DNA of 64,000 nt from Phoronis australis. Lineage: Eukaryota; Animalia; Phoronida. Shown piece after piece: positions 39,061 to 52,699 of the stretch; the first letter of the stretch is position 1; every line of letters starts with the position of its first letter. Both the position numbers and the translations under genes were made by a program. Location of the stretch: contig NMRA01000691.1 in NCBI GenBank assembly GCA_002633005.1, positions 1 through 64,000 of the forward strand, written 5' to 3'. The notes beneath the pieces are model-generated. The model ran no database searches and was not told where the DNA came from. It saw only the letters and a list, made by a program, of their open reading frames with translations.

Positions 39061-39202
39061 CACTGAATTAAAATATCGTTTTTATGGAAATTATGCGTCT
39101 TATTTTTCATAGCGTATAATTGTCGGTGCGATGCCATTTGCTGAACATGCGATTGTTGCGCGTGCTCATTTAAGTATTCTATTTTTACGTTGGAGGACGT
39201 CA

Positions 39203-39274
39203 GCCGCTGAGTGGTGTAGTGGTAAAGTCGGCGACTCGCAACTGGTGAGGCCCGGTTTCGAATCCGGCCGCGGT
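39203..39274 (+). pseudogene. tRNA-like sequence (tRNA pseudogene or SINE head)
   Basis: A-box TGGTGTAGTGG, B-box-like GGTTTCGAATCC, and partial acceptor pairing GCCGC/GCGGT. The anticodon stem does not pair cleanly. Confidence 0.65.
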
Positions 39275-42200
39275 TTCCCGCCAAAACGATATCTCACTAG
39301 TGAGATAACTTTCTGGGTTGTATATGCCATTCGAGGCTAATATTGTGGTTTAATTCTCGCATATGACATAGACACAAAATTTGCAATAGTGTTGGTTCAC
39401 AACAAAACCAAACTCCCTTTCAGAGGAACTGTAGCTTGGAATGAACTCTCCATAACCATAAAAATACTCAATCCCAAAATTCTTTGACGCGCCTAGTAAA
39501 TGCCTCTTTATTCAATTAATTATCTAGTGCTGAGAATAATATGTATGTATATAATTGATTTTTACCTCGCATTTCTCTTATGTGTTACTAACCCGTTATC
39601 TTTCGTTTTCTAGTATTCTTCATTCATTTAGTTCATTCATTCATTCATTTTATTATTTATTGATGTATATGTGCATATAAGTATTTATTATTTTAAGATA
39701 TTTATGATTATCTTAATTTACCTATTTAGTAACTAAATTACTGATTTACTGCTGATTGTCTTTTGTCTTTCAACGGTTTCCATTTTCCCATCTTTTTAGG
39801 TACCATAATGGAAATAAGTCTTTGACGCTTTATGTTATGCGTGTCTTGAACTTGCCCGCATTTACTGAATAGCGGCCAAAAAACGGCCCGATCACGATTC
39901 TCGAGAAAAGCCTTTCCATCTATCGAATTAAAACCTACCTCTATGATAAGTACCTGTAAATGACCCCCTCCCAACATAGTCTGCCTTTGGGACCTGTGTA
40001 GAAAGTGTTCTTTAGAAAATGTTGACTTACTTCAGGACGTAATGTCTCAGAAATGGTTTCTACAATGTTCCCCATACACGCTCCACTTTTGCATGAGTGG
40101 TCATTAAAAGATGATTTGCTTAACTATAAAATTACAGCAAAATGGTGATTTTCTTCATTTTATTGGTTAAATTTCAAACGAAATTTGGTAATATCTTGTT
40201 ACTCTATTTTAATGAACCTTTGCGTCTCCTAAAATTCTCAAAAAATATGGGCACGTGATCCAATTAATGGCATATTGGTAAAAATTAAAAAAACGAATTC
40301 TTATGGCTTTCCACTTTGTTACTGAATCAAAATCTATATCTTTGCTATATACTCAGAAATTTTGATATGGTTAACTTTACGGACAACAAAGATTAATTTC
40401 TACTTTCACATGAGTGTAGAGAATGTCCCAAATATTAAGAAAAATATTCTGAAAATGTGATTAGCAGAAAGTGGTTTCACTGGGAACAAACGGTGTCTTT
40501 CATTTTGGTCTTCAGCACGTGGAAGTAAAATGCAACTTTTGACTGTTATTACAAAATTCTTGAGTGGTGATGCTACACTAACGTAATAGAGAAGCTTCAT
40601 CGTGAAAATCGAGACTTTAAAAAATTGCTGCACTCAGGTGTAAACGAATGTTTGTCGTTGCAAAAAGAACTTGGGTTTTCTGAAATGCGAAATCACCGTT
40701 AGTTTCTCCTTCCTAATATTCATGTTGCAGAGTTTTTTAAAACTCTTCTGAGAAACGATAAAAACACAAATGCCCTGTGTATACGTGACTTTTTACACAG
40801 AATATACATACAGACGGCGATAAAAGTCTTACCACACCGTCGCATTAGATAAAAACCTTATCGTTTCCGATTGCAGATGTCTGGGTCTATTTTTGTGGTT
40901 GTTCTGATAACAAGCCGTTTCAACATGTTAAAAAATCCAACGCTGTACGTAGTATAAAAAATAAGAAATCAACGAGTTCATGGTGCATGTATAGTGGGTT
41001 AAAAATTAACAAAACGTTCTTGCCATTCCCACTTTCTTATCAACTAGGCCGTAAAGTATGGGCGGACCCAGATACAAGGGATTTAGGATTGTCACAATAA
41101 ATTGTTTTCGGTAAATTGCCGTCGGACTCCTATTGTGAATTTCCGGTACCGCCACTGGAAGATAACAGGATAATTATGTGTATTTCACAACCTTGTTGGG
41201 ACCCTCGGATCATCGCAAATTTCAACAATGAATTATTATCCTTGAGTCACCATCCCTTTATCCCTTGCCACCGCTGTATGTTTGGCCGTCGGATTCTACT
41301 TATTTTGAAGAATGCCACTGAGTACCATTTGGAATGGCAGGTGTCTACTAGTGCTCCTCCACAGACCTATTGTCACTTTTCCCTAATGAGATGTAACCAT
41401 CAGTTATGACTTTTCGGCTGATCTCCGGTATTCACACATGTTAAAAACACCCCATCCCCTCTCCAATACAGACAAATGGCACTGCAGTTTTTGCAGTATA
41501 ATTTTTTTTTTAAATAACCGCTTTTGGTTTTAAGTATGGTGATCACTATGTATATTGTATGAAGAAAGCAAATAAGATTTAATCTAAAACTATGAAGTTT
41601 TCTTTCATTACATTAGTCGTAATTGTTGGACCAATAGTCATACTATAAAATTAAAGCCTGCTAAGAGACGCGCGATGCGCTTTGTGAAACTGTTTGTATA
41701 TTATAAGCATTGTTTCTATGGATGTACATGTATCCTCTATTTTTGGCGACCAACATTTGACATTAAATATAATCGGTTATTTCAAGTTCACTTCGTGCCA
41801 GGTCATTAAATAATTAAGTTTTCATCTGTGAGAGTTTTTAGGTGTTTCAACGTGTTCGTAGAAGTGTATTGTTATCAAAAGAAGTAATGTCATATTGCTC
41901 CACAAGTTTTAACATACACCGTAGAAACGGCTCGCGTTTTAAATCTGTTGTGGGCACATGTACGTGTTTCAGTGGTTTTTGGATGAATGAATTTTGACAC
42001 ATTAAGACATTACCCGAAGCGACATGTATATACTGTATACCATGTAGTTTCGGAAAGTGTATATTGGGTGGAGTGTAAGAGCAATTGGAAACCGGGATAT
42101 ATGATATACTGGGGCATATATCTAACGGGACATACATGTATAAAGCTGCATGCTATACATTGTATACACCCGGCTAATGGGACATACAATGTATGTACTT

Positions 42201-42790
42201 GCGGGCTATAAATGCACTGAGGCATATACCAAATGAGGTATATACAGTTTCGGGCTATATATTGTTCTGGGGCACACACCCTATGGGGCAGCTATAGTTG
42301 CGACCTATAAATTGTATATATACCCCACTTTTAGGTTTCAGATAATAATTTCACATCTGCATAGAAACATGAAGATGTGTGTGTGTGTTTGTATGTATAC
42401 ACAAACACACACACATATGTGTATATATATATATAGGAATCGTTAGTTGTACTTTTCTCATATTTAAGTTGAGGAAATTTTACGCGTACGTCTCGTTCAT
42501 ATTGTGAAATCTTTCTCAACAGCGGGGCATTTTCACAAAAGACGTTGCTCTTGTCGGCTGGCGACTGGTATTTCATGTAAGGCACTTCACTTTTACAAAA
42601 TATTGCACAAACGTGTGATCAGGCTAAATCTCGCGAGATAATATCGGTTCGCATCCGCCCAAAATAAACCGCGAAAAAACGGTTCGTTATCGTTGTAACA
42701 TGAGAGTTTCATAGTAGCTGGTATCATAATTTTAAAAATGGTAATTAAAATCCGGTGTAGTTATCAGTAAGTGAACATAAAACGGTCATT

Positions 42791-45700
42791 GTGCGATTAA
42801 AACGGAATAAAACTAAAAAAGCACAGTTGACAGATCAGGTGATTGCACTATTGGCGTTCCCGCACGATGTTGTAGCGGTGGTACCAACTAGGTTTGGAAA
42901 AAGTCTGATATACTGTACCAGCTCACTCCATTCTGTGTTGCTGCATTCAACAATGAAGATTCCACAGAGACTAAAAACTTATATTGGTGATTCCACCATT
43001 GAATAGTATTATGTTTTAACCAAATTGCCGAGTTGACAGAAAAGTTTGGCATTAAATGCCGTACACTAGATTACAATACCATAACGGCAACCGTTATTCT
43101 CGAGACAACAGTGATGATGATACTGATGACGAAGAGAATATTGGTGACGTTTTTAGAACTGTTCCAATTAGTGATATAATTAAAGGAAATCATCAAGTGG
43201 TGTATGCTCACCCTGAGGCTTTGATGTCAACAAGTGACGATTTGAAACTCTTGCGAAACAAGGAATTTTCTTCAAACGTGGCAGTTGCGGCAATAGACGA
43301 AGGACACATTGTGTTAGAATGGTGAGTATACTGCGGACAGAAATAGCTTCAAATATATTTTTTCGTATCACAACAGGTTTCACAGCAACAAATGGTTATA
43401 ACTTTTCAGATACACTATTGATCCAGAATTTCCGACGCTGTGACTGGACGTTTCACGGTAATCGGGACAAGCTGCCAAACAATCAATAACATACATTTCT
43501 TCAATGCAGATGTAATAAAAAAAAAACAAAAAATGTCTCCCAAAATACATGACATCCTGGAATTAACAGTTAACCCAGCAGCCTTTTTATGTCACCCTAA
43601 AGTGCAAAAAGTGGGGGGCACAGACTGGTAAATTCTCATGATTAAAATCAGATTTTCATGAATCATTTTACTGTCAATGTTGCCCTTTAATTTCTGATTT
43701 TTGGCAGAGTAACGCCAACAATCATAGTTTTAAAACTTTCCTGTGACATTCATGTCAACGTTGTTTTCGTCATATTTTCTATGATTATTATACTTACGTT
43801 GCATTTATATTTGTATGTATAGTTACATAATCATCACCATATTTATCATCATTATCGTTCAATGGCAGGTGACCTAATGCAATTTTCATGTGCCTCGAAA
43901 TAAAGTCCCTCAATTTGTATTGATCAATAGTACCAACAACTGAGTCTGTAATGCCCTTAAACGAGTTCACTTGGCGTCCAGTGTTGACATGAAATGGGCG
44001 ATGCCGTCGCGTATGTTCGCATAACTTGTTCATGTCAACCACACTAAACATTTTGCGAGGCGTTTTCCGATGACGTTTGCCTCCAGTTACGGAGGACGGA
44101 TTGTGGACCTGTTTGTCAACAACCGGGGCTGCTTTTGACATGCGTGTAATAGACTTCTCACTTTTCACCGCCCCAGTCCTCTAATAACGGACTTCTTCAG
44201 TTTAATATCATTCTCCTACTGCATGTCAGCTGCCTTGCACGACATGGCATTTCGTACTGGTTTGGCAAAAGTCCCGAGTTTGACGCGCACACCTTCTCTT
44301 TATGATAACATGAGGTCTGTCTTTGCTAAAAAAATCGGCACATTCTACTGCGTATTTACTTAGAGACGTTAAGGCAACAAATTTAGGATACAGTTTTAAT
44401 AGAAAATTGAAAATGTCCATATCATCAGCCTTGATTACTTTATCCAGTATCATCAAGTGCAGTGCACATCCCAAAAGCCAATGGAATAATTATATAAGTC
44501 GTAGTGTGTACCATCTTCAGATGATTCATCTGAAGCAGTGATGTTCACTAGATTTCGAAATTTTTTTTATTCATAAATGTCAGTTGTAGGTACACATATC
44601 TGGTGAGCCACACTGCAAAACACGAAAGAAAGTGATAACAAAAATAATAATTTTGTTTACTGAAGCCATTGTCAAAGTTAGGGCTCATTCACACGAAAGT
44701 ACTTTTTATTATGTTTAAGCCCGTCCCAATGTCATGCTGAAACGGACTAGGAACAGGTAGAAAGGGTTAGCTTTGGTAAATGAAAGAAGTCTTGAATGTG
44801 ACAACATCCATGAAGCTCTTAATCAGATCGTAACAAGTACCTCCAAAGTTTATGCGGTCCGCACTCGGTTTTAGCTTGTTGTGTCAAACTCTTCCCAACA
44901 CAGTAAGCACTACCTTATCAGACAGCAATGCGAAACCATTTCCATCGCAGCTTCATTTTTAACAGAGGTGTTGTTTGGTAAAGGGCCTTAAATTAATTTT
45001 CAGACCTAATTATGCATCAGCAGAATGCCATTGGTCTTATGCCCAAAAACATTACTTCCTATTACCAGAGGAAGATTTTGGCCTCGAGTGTTTGGGGGAG
45101 CCTTGGTGTTCACAACTGTGCCATCATATAATATTTGTATGTACACTGGTGTCATGTCTGGTTCACCGAGATGGATGAGTAATCTTTCCACGATAGGGTC
45201 AACTAGGCTGTCCAGCCATTCCGTCTTCTTCTCGGTGCTCAAGTGCCTAAACTATGTCAGCTCTAGCCCTACATCTTCCTTGTTTTCATTGGACTTAGTT
45301 GTTTGAGCATTACAACTATGTTAACGTAACGAGCTTCGACTGCATGTGACAAAATATTAACATTAGAACATTCAGATGCTATTTATTAAATACAAAATCC
45401 ACAGAATACCGTACCAGTAGAAACAAAGTCCCTGTGGCTGCAGCTGCTGACCTTGAAGTTATATTTCACTATCTTATGAACTTAGGCTATAAGACATTTC
45501 ACAAACAAATGATTGAAGGAAAAGCAGTGCTGTCTGTTTACAACTTAAATGTACACTTGCTCAAACTCCACGAGGGTGTACTATAGAGACAGCGCTGTTG
45601 TGTCTTCCAGCAATTTTACGTACATTTTGTGAATTAACTTAAGTAAAAATACCTTTCAATTAATCTGCATTTCAGATACGTAAAAGTAATTTTAAATTTA

Positions 45701-47003
45701 ATTTTAATTTAAGAAAGGTGGCTATTTGTAATTGTTCAGAAAAAGAGAATCATTTTGGCAACCAAAATCACTGCAGTCTAAATGTGTGTTTTACGTTAAT
45801 GTATTCCACGTTATTTTCTTATAACACTATACTAATAATCTGAAACAATGTTCAATGAAATACAATAAAAACTGTCGTTAACAATGATTTATTCCATTCA
45901 ATTAGAGATGGTAAAATACAAAATTACCTAACAATAAACATGGATGAGATTACTTCAAATTATTAATGAAAGAGTGTATAGCAATGTTTATTTCATGTGA
46001 ATTAACTTAANTTTTACGTTAATGTATTCCACGTTATTTTCTCATAACACTATACTAATAATCTGAAACAATGTTCAATGAAATACAATAAAAACTGTCG
46101 TTAACAATGATTTATTCCATTCAATTAGAGATGGTAAAATACAAAATTACCTAACAATAAACATGGATGAGATTACTTCAAATTATTAATGAAAGAGTGT
46201 ATAGCAATGTTTATTTCATGATTGTTTATGATAGCAGGGGGGTGACTTTTGCAAAGACTTTTAAAGAATTGGAGAGAATATCTTGGCATGTCTGCCACAA
46301 GTACCAGTCACTGATCTCACAGCAACACCTTCGTCCTCAGATCAAGTCAAACTAACTAAAGACTTCAATTTCAATAACCCAAATGCAATAGTCAGGATCC
46401 CAGACGGACCCAACATCACATATCACAAGATCGACAAGCCGCCGTCAACGCAAACTGAACCCATCTACAAGAGATTTTGCAGCCAATTGCTCAAAACCTT
46501 ATGCAAGAGAATACAGCCTTTCCACCTGACACAAAAGTGATAAGCTATGCATTGTGTACTTGAACTCATTTTTAGGAATAAATCAGAATGTTGGCGCACC
46601 TGTGCCTGAGAACAGATTATTCATAAGGAATACACCGAAAAAAAAAGAAAAAATGTAGTCTAGGAAATTTGCCATCCAGAAAGCAAAATTCCGATCTAGT
46701 ATTTGTAACAGTGGCACAGGGCATTGGGATCATTGCAAAACATGTAGGCCACTTGATACATTACAAGCTACCAACCAGTGTGGAACGATATTTCCGGGAG
46801 ACCGAGAGGGCTGGTCGTGATGGGGAACTAATTGAAGCCGCGTTGTATTTCAAACGTCAGAAGAAACCATCCCGGGATAACTCAAGGCATTATTGAGTAT
46901 TGCTAGAACGATAACCGATGTTATCGGCCACAAATGCTAGAGCAGTTTGGGTATTCAACTCAGAAATAATGTAACAGGCTAAAACTGTTGTGATGTTTCC
47001 AAT
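42791..47003 (+). pseudogene. Spliced RecQ-like SF2 helicase remnant (AcademH-type transposon helicase)
   Basis: Motif I VVPTRFGKSLIY; Ia VIPPLNSIM; VVYAHPE; motif II AIDEGHIVLEW, then an intron at 43322-46237; then GVTFAKTFKEL; motif III PVTDLTAT..DGPNITY; motifs V/VI FVTVAQGIGI..LIHYKLP..YFRETERAGRDG; Zn-binding EYC*NDNRCYR..LEQFG..CCD. Confidence 0.87.
43794..45610 (-). pseudogene. Academ-type (DUF6589-like) transposase C-terminal remnant, antisense to the helicase
   Basis: LYSTPS.., HRDFV, KKTEWLDSLVDPIVE, VIKADDMD..LLKLYPKF..SKYAVE, ADMQ*ENDIK..IRGLG, KSEKSITRMSKA, RPFHVNTGR..F..KLRDFISRH. The family was recognised from recalled motif resemblance only. Confidence 0.68.
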
Positions 47004-47607
47004 AAGTGAATAGCCTTGATGTACTAGCTGCTTGAAATCTGATGTTTTCAAGAGTAGATTGCATTCTAAAGGCATATTAAGGCCTATATCAGCGGTTCAA
47101 AATGAGCAAATCAAAATAGTACAACAAAATAATTGGGTTGTGTATTTAATCGAAACTAACACCCATCCTATGTGTTTCACTCTGACCACAGTATAATAAC
47201 AAGAAGCAAGAACTGTCTCAAAACTAAATCAAAATCAAAACAATCACACTCCCCATTGACTGAAATGGGTGTTCCATGGAAATAGACCAATTACCAAAGT
47301 TCCAGCCGACGTAGGGCTCAAAAAGGCTTCAATCAAATGTACTCACAGCAAGCAAAATCTATTCAAAATGGAAAAACTCTTCAGTCACAGGATGTAGCAT
47401 GTCTAATCGTTCCATTTCTGTATGTGTACCCATTCTCAAGTTTTTAGCCGAGTCGTGAAAAACTCTGGTAAGCTGAATGCTTGCAATCTCAAAGTCATCT
47501 TCTGTAATTACGCTATGATCATTATCAAAAGGCACGTATTTAGATCATTGCACCCATATGGAAAGCTGCTCCTATATCCGGAATCAATCATATGTGCCTC
47601 TATTTGA

Positions 47608-47708
47608 NNNNNNNNNNNNNNNNNNNNNNNNNNNNNNNNNNNNNNNNNNNNNNNNNNNNNNNNNNNNNNNNNNNNNNNNNNNNNNNNNNNNNNNNNNNNN
47701 NNNNNNNN
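47608..47708. other. Scaffold gap (~100 N)
   Basis: Run of N. Confidence 1.
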
Positions 47709-49239
47709 TATACAAGACATCAACCCAGAACATACAATTGAACAGAATAGATTCTAGAAAAACACATTATTTTGGGAACTGTTTGTAATAGAAGTGCACG
47801 AGCATGAATCTATGTTTTCCGGTTTATTAAGTGAGTAAATGTGTTTGTTATCTCCGAAAGAACAACCTTCTTCCAACACGACTATCCATCGGGCTCTTCC
47901 ACCAAGATGGATTCAATCAGCTCTTTTATCCCGTCCTATTATGATAAAAACCAAAACGGATATGTCATCACGTTACACAACCATTAGTTGAACAGAAGAA
48001 GCATTCGTATCATAATCTTACAATTTTTCTTAAGTGTAGAGTTCTCTGTCATTTAATGACATATAGAAAGCTGACACCGCTTGCTCGTCAATGATCTGTT
48101 TAGGTTAATCAAATAAATTGTTAAGGTCAGAGCGATTTACGTTGTCTACCAGGGCAATTAGTATGCAGATAGAGAAGAGTGGATACGAGCAACACACTTA
48201 AGTACTAGTCGTTTCCAAAATTATGTGCATTTAGCTACGAAAATAAGTAACTTTCAAAATAAATTGAAAGTTGTATTTAGTGGCTGGAATAACCAATGCA
48301 CATTGTAAATAATTATTTGGCATTTACTCAAATTTTAAGGCTTTGTGATGCACAGAGGAGATAATGCACAAACCACTTTTTCTAGCTTATTTGAGTGGCC
48401 GTTTTGTAACCCTCTTGCTACTTTATTGCACCTTGTAGCTTTATGTAAGTTTTTGAACATGCACCTAAAGAATAAATTTGGTGACTGACCAAAAAATATC
48501 TTGCCTCAACTTTATATTTAGTGAAAATGGTCGCCAAACTGTCGATTTTGCAAATGATGAGTATAATTTACAGAAAAAAATAACGAAATTTTGAACAAGA
48601 AATCTGCTATAAACTGTGATAAAAGTCAAGTCTAGAGTACTTTTATGGTTTTATTACGCGATCAGTATCAAAACTGAACCCGGTAAGTCAGTTGACATTA
48701 GGTTTGAGGATATATAAAAACTTGTGCATGTAATCCCCTTGTTTTCTTTCATTATTATTTATTTGACACTTGCTGATCAATTAAATGAAATAAATTCCTT
48801 TGATGTTTGAATTAGTGAAAATCGTTATTTGTAAAGACTGCTTCTGAGGCTATCCTATATATTAGATACAAAAAGACAAATGAATGCCAATTCTATTCGT
48901 TTAAAAAGTTTTCATTATACAAGTGCGATCACAAAAGCTTTGTGGCTTTAGGCAGTCATACTAAAGACACTCCAGAACATCTGCGATGCTGTGAAGTACC
49001 GTGTAAATCAGGGCCAGTGGCAGAATGTGAGCTCGCACTAGCCAGCCTATGTAAATTTGTGACTGAGCACGACCAGTCTTGCTGCCTTTCCCCTCGTCGA
49101 CACCTAGTGGCTCCCCCCCATCCAGGTGTGGCAGCTGTGTAGCCCCCAGTTAACAGATGCCTGGTAGGCCCTGTGGACTACAACTGTTTAGTATCCTCCT
49201 CCACCCGCCTTCGGCAGGGACCCAGCTGCATTTGGCACC

Positions 49240-50470
49240 CCCCCCCCGTTTCTACAGCACAGAGCCCGTAACCCGGTATGTTTGCTATGAAGTCTAGACC
49301 GTTGTGTTGAACTCTATTTACCTAATGCCTGTCATGAACTGAGTCATTTATAGAATTGCCTTTCATGATTTTTTTCTCTTGAGCTTGAATGTCTGCCTTT
49401 TCATACCATTATTGATCGCACTGTCAGAAATATTCAACGTTGGGGTGGCCGGCGACTGGTGTGGATATTAAGATTCGTAGCAACCTGCGGGGACATTCCA
49501 ATATAAACGCAAAACGATCACGAGTTTTGACCAAGTTGAAGATTTTTTTGCAGTGAACAGAGGGCCATTACCCCCTTAGGTGCCTCCCTTCCAAAGCCAA
49601 TGGCTCTCACAACGAAGATAAAAACACAAGTAAGGTACACTTCCCAAGAGTCAACAAGGTTAAGTTTACTCTTTAGGTTGAGGACTTCCTTATAGGCATT
49701 TAATTATTTTTCTTATTGTACCCATGACATTCTTCGTCAAAACTCAGTAAAACATTCCAGTCACAGCATATAACTACAAATTCAGAGCTAAAATCTGAAA
49801 TGATTTTTTCAGCATTTTTGTAGAAATTTATGTTGTCTCTAATTGGACCGTAANCCCCCCCCCGCGTTTCTACAGCACTGAGCCCGTAACCCGGCATGTT
49901 TGCTATGAAGTCTAGACCGTTGTGTTGAACTCTATTTACATAATGCCTGTCATGAACTGAGTCATTAATAGAATTGGCTTTCATGATTTTTTTCTCTTGA
50001 GCTTGAATGTCTGCCTTTTCATACCGTTATTGAACGCACTGTCAGAAGTATTCAACGTTGGGGTGGCCGGCGACCAGTGTGGATATAAAGATTCGTAGCA
50101 ACCTGCGGGGACATTCCAATATAAACGCAAGATGACCACGAGTTTTGACCAAGTTGAAGATTTTTTTGCAGTGAACAGAGGGCCATTACCCCCCTTAGGT
50201 GCCTCCCTTCCTAAGCCAGTGGCTCTCACAACGAAGATAAAAACACAAGTAAGGTACACTTCCCAAGAGTCAACAAGGTTAAGTTTACTCTTTAGGTTGA
50301 GTACTTCCTGATAGGCATTTAATTATTTTTTTATTGTACCCATGACATTCTTTGTCATAACTCTGTGCAACATTCCAGTCACAGCATGTAACTACAAATT
50401 CAGAGTTAAAATCTGAAATGATTTATTCAGCATTCTTGTAGAAATTTAGGTTGTCTCTGTTTGGACCGTA
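49240..50470. repeat. ~610-bp near-identical duplication across an N at 49854
   Basis: 49240-49853 is repeated at 49855-50470 with scattered substitutions. Confidence 0.9.
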
Positions 50471-50590
50471 CAAATTTATTATAGATACTAAATAACTGTT
50501 TTCCATCAAGACTACCGTGGCAGCCAAATTACCATCCGAATCTATTCTTTTGGGCTTCAAATTTAAAGTTATTATTAAAAAGAATGCACG
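50320..50590 (-). mobile_element. L1/Tx1 apurinic-type endonuclease fragment (partial duplicate at 49700-49853)
   Basis: DSDGNL..SIINLYGPNRDNLNFYKN..VVTCCDWN corresponds to the NxYxPN and GDxN motifs. Confidence 0.75.
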
Positions 50591-50940
50591 TGGTGTTAAT
50601 GGAGAATTAAGACGTTTGAAATCGATTCTGTATCGATTTTCGTCGTTTGAACGCCATCACCAAATTTGACTCGGAACCGATAGCCAATCCCGATGACATC
50701 ATGGCTAAGATTGGTAAGAATCAGTAATTTACCAAGAATAATCTTAGTAAAGGAAAGTGGCAAGTCAATGTCATCTAGAATCATGGCCTAAGACCTCGTT
50801 TGTAGTACCACGTGGTTGCTAAAAGTTCGTAAAGATACCATTTGGTCTGGTACTTCCGAGAGTAACCTTCAACTGCGCGATGAAGAAGATGTTGGCAGGG
50901 GCCACATAATACAGAACATAACGTGGATGACATTAGGATT
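50591..50940 (+). mobile_element. Gypsy/Ty3 reverse transcriptase fragment
   Basis: RFCIDFRRLNAITKFDSEP..NPDDIM..LSKGKWQV; IPFGL; TFNCAM; HNVDDI (degenerate YVDD). Confidence 0.85.
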
Positions 50941-52699
50941 TCCTGAAACAGATGAGAAAAGACTCGCGCCTTTTTTTGTCATGCTGCGCGTAAGCCATTC
51001 ATTCATAAGATGTTGAACATCGCCTTAGGCTCCGACATAATCCCATAATTGTCACGGAGCGGCTATTGACAGAATAGTTCCCTGGCACACGAACTCCGCC
51101 AAAATGTTGCCGTGGGTACGACGAATCTACCTGTCCCCCACCGCACGCAAGGACCTGTGATTTAATTGATTCACAAGACCCCGATGTCTTTGTGAATACA
51201 ATGTAAGCTTTTGATGTTAGGTTGGGTTAGTGGCCACCACCGGGACCGCGCTTTTGACTTCGAAGACTGGCCGCGCTTCGTGCTACTGTTTTCGAAGACG
51301 TCACGCTATCGTGTCACTGCCACCATTGCCACTTCGTAGGATTTTCTATGCAAGTGGAACTGTCGAGATCTGTGTCGCTGTATTTGATTAAAAATTTTTG
51401 TTGTCTCTAATAGACGTAATTTGGAAATTCTAAGATTTGGAATCTGCAACCGACATCGTACGGTAAGTTTTCTTTCTTATCACAAAAATGATGTCATCGA
51501 TTAGTTCGAGTGCCACCTAAAGTTTTTTCGGCGCTAAATGGGGTTCTTGACGGAGTCGTACGATAGGAATTGGCGTAATCAGTTAATGTTAGGAGTAAAA
51601 GAAGAGATGACACACTGGTGTTGACCAGTAATATAGCTGTTAATGTGATAATAATAATGGAACATGAATATATAATACCTTTATAGTCCATGATCATTTT
51701 TTCTTCAGAAAAACCTGCCTTTTCATCAGTTACATATAAGTTAGAATGGAGACCCCTAAATAAGGTTTGAGATAACTAAACTAAACCTGTATCTCTGGAG
51801 TAGCAGCGCACGATTACTTACTAAGTAAATCTAGCGCACATTAATGCAAAAATTACCATGGTTGTTAAAAACTGCCATGTACAAAAATGAAGTGTTTTTA
51901 AACAAATACCGGAGCCCCAATGAAATTTTAATTCTGACTTGGTTTTCAATTTCAAATTGGTTGGTTGGCAAATTCAGATTAACCACAATTCACCTGAATG
52001 ACCACAATGAACGCGGTGAGACCGACAATCAACATTAATTTCCGTTGTCAACGCACAATTGTATTCGTATATTTCACATTGTTTCACAGTATTGTTTTTA
52101 AAACACGGTTCCTCCAGCAGCGTACGGTGTAGTATAAATGTACGGTTTGACCGACGCATGTTGACTTCAGTGGCGCTGTACCCACCCACCCCTACTCTAT
52201 GTACCATTAGTGCGGATGAACTGTATGTGGCGATTTCGGTGCGTGGCCAGAAATCCCCTACGTGTATAGAATTTTGCTTTTATTGCTGTTAATACGATCC
52301 ATGGCCTGGTTTCTTTGTTTAAACTGTTGCCATTGATGACCTTGCCTAATATGCACATTCATTGACCCAGATTTCTGTTACTGCAGGTTGTGATGAAGGA
52401 CGACGGCTTCAGATCCGATCGCTTTTTTAATTAATATTTGATCACTTCTCTCAAACTCTACACGCACGCCTCTCCATTTATTGTAGAGTCGCGATTTTTT
52501 AACGAGAAATAAGCTTGGGCAAAAACAGAATCCGACAAATCCGACTTAGTTTACAAGCAATATCATTTGCATTCAGTGGCAATGACTTAATCACTGAGAC
52601 TCTAAAAATACCCGTCTCGCAGCTACGTCACAATGTTTTAATGGTAACCGAGATAGGCAACTGTTCAACAGTCCCATGCACTTTTGAGTTTCTAAAAAG

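Noticed and set aside
39977-40000. TAGTCTGCC as the left terminus of the Academ element
   Set aside because: No matching inverted end or TSD was found in the window.
41160-41480. Possible retroviral-type aspartic protease remnant (minus strand, ALVDT)
   Set aside because: A single short degenerate motif with no supporting gag/pol context.
42791-47003. Host RECQL/BLM/WRN gene
   Set aside because: Frameshifts, stops, degenerate catalytic motifs and an associated transposase-like sequence point to a dead transposon helicase.
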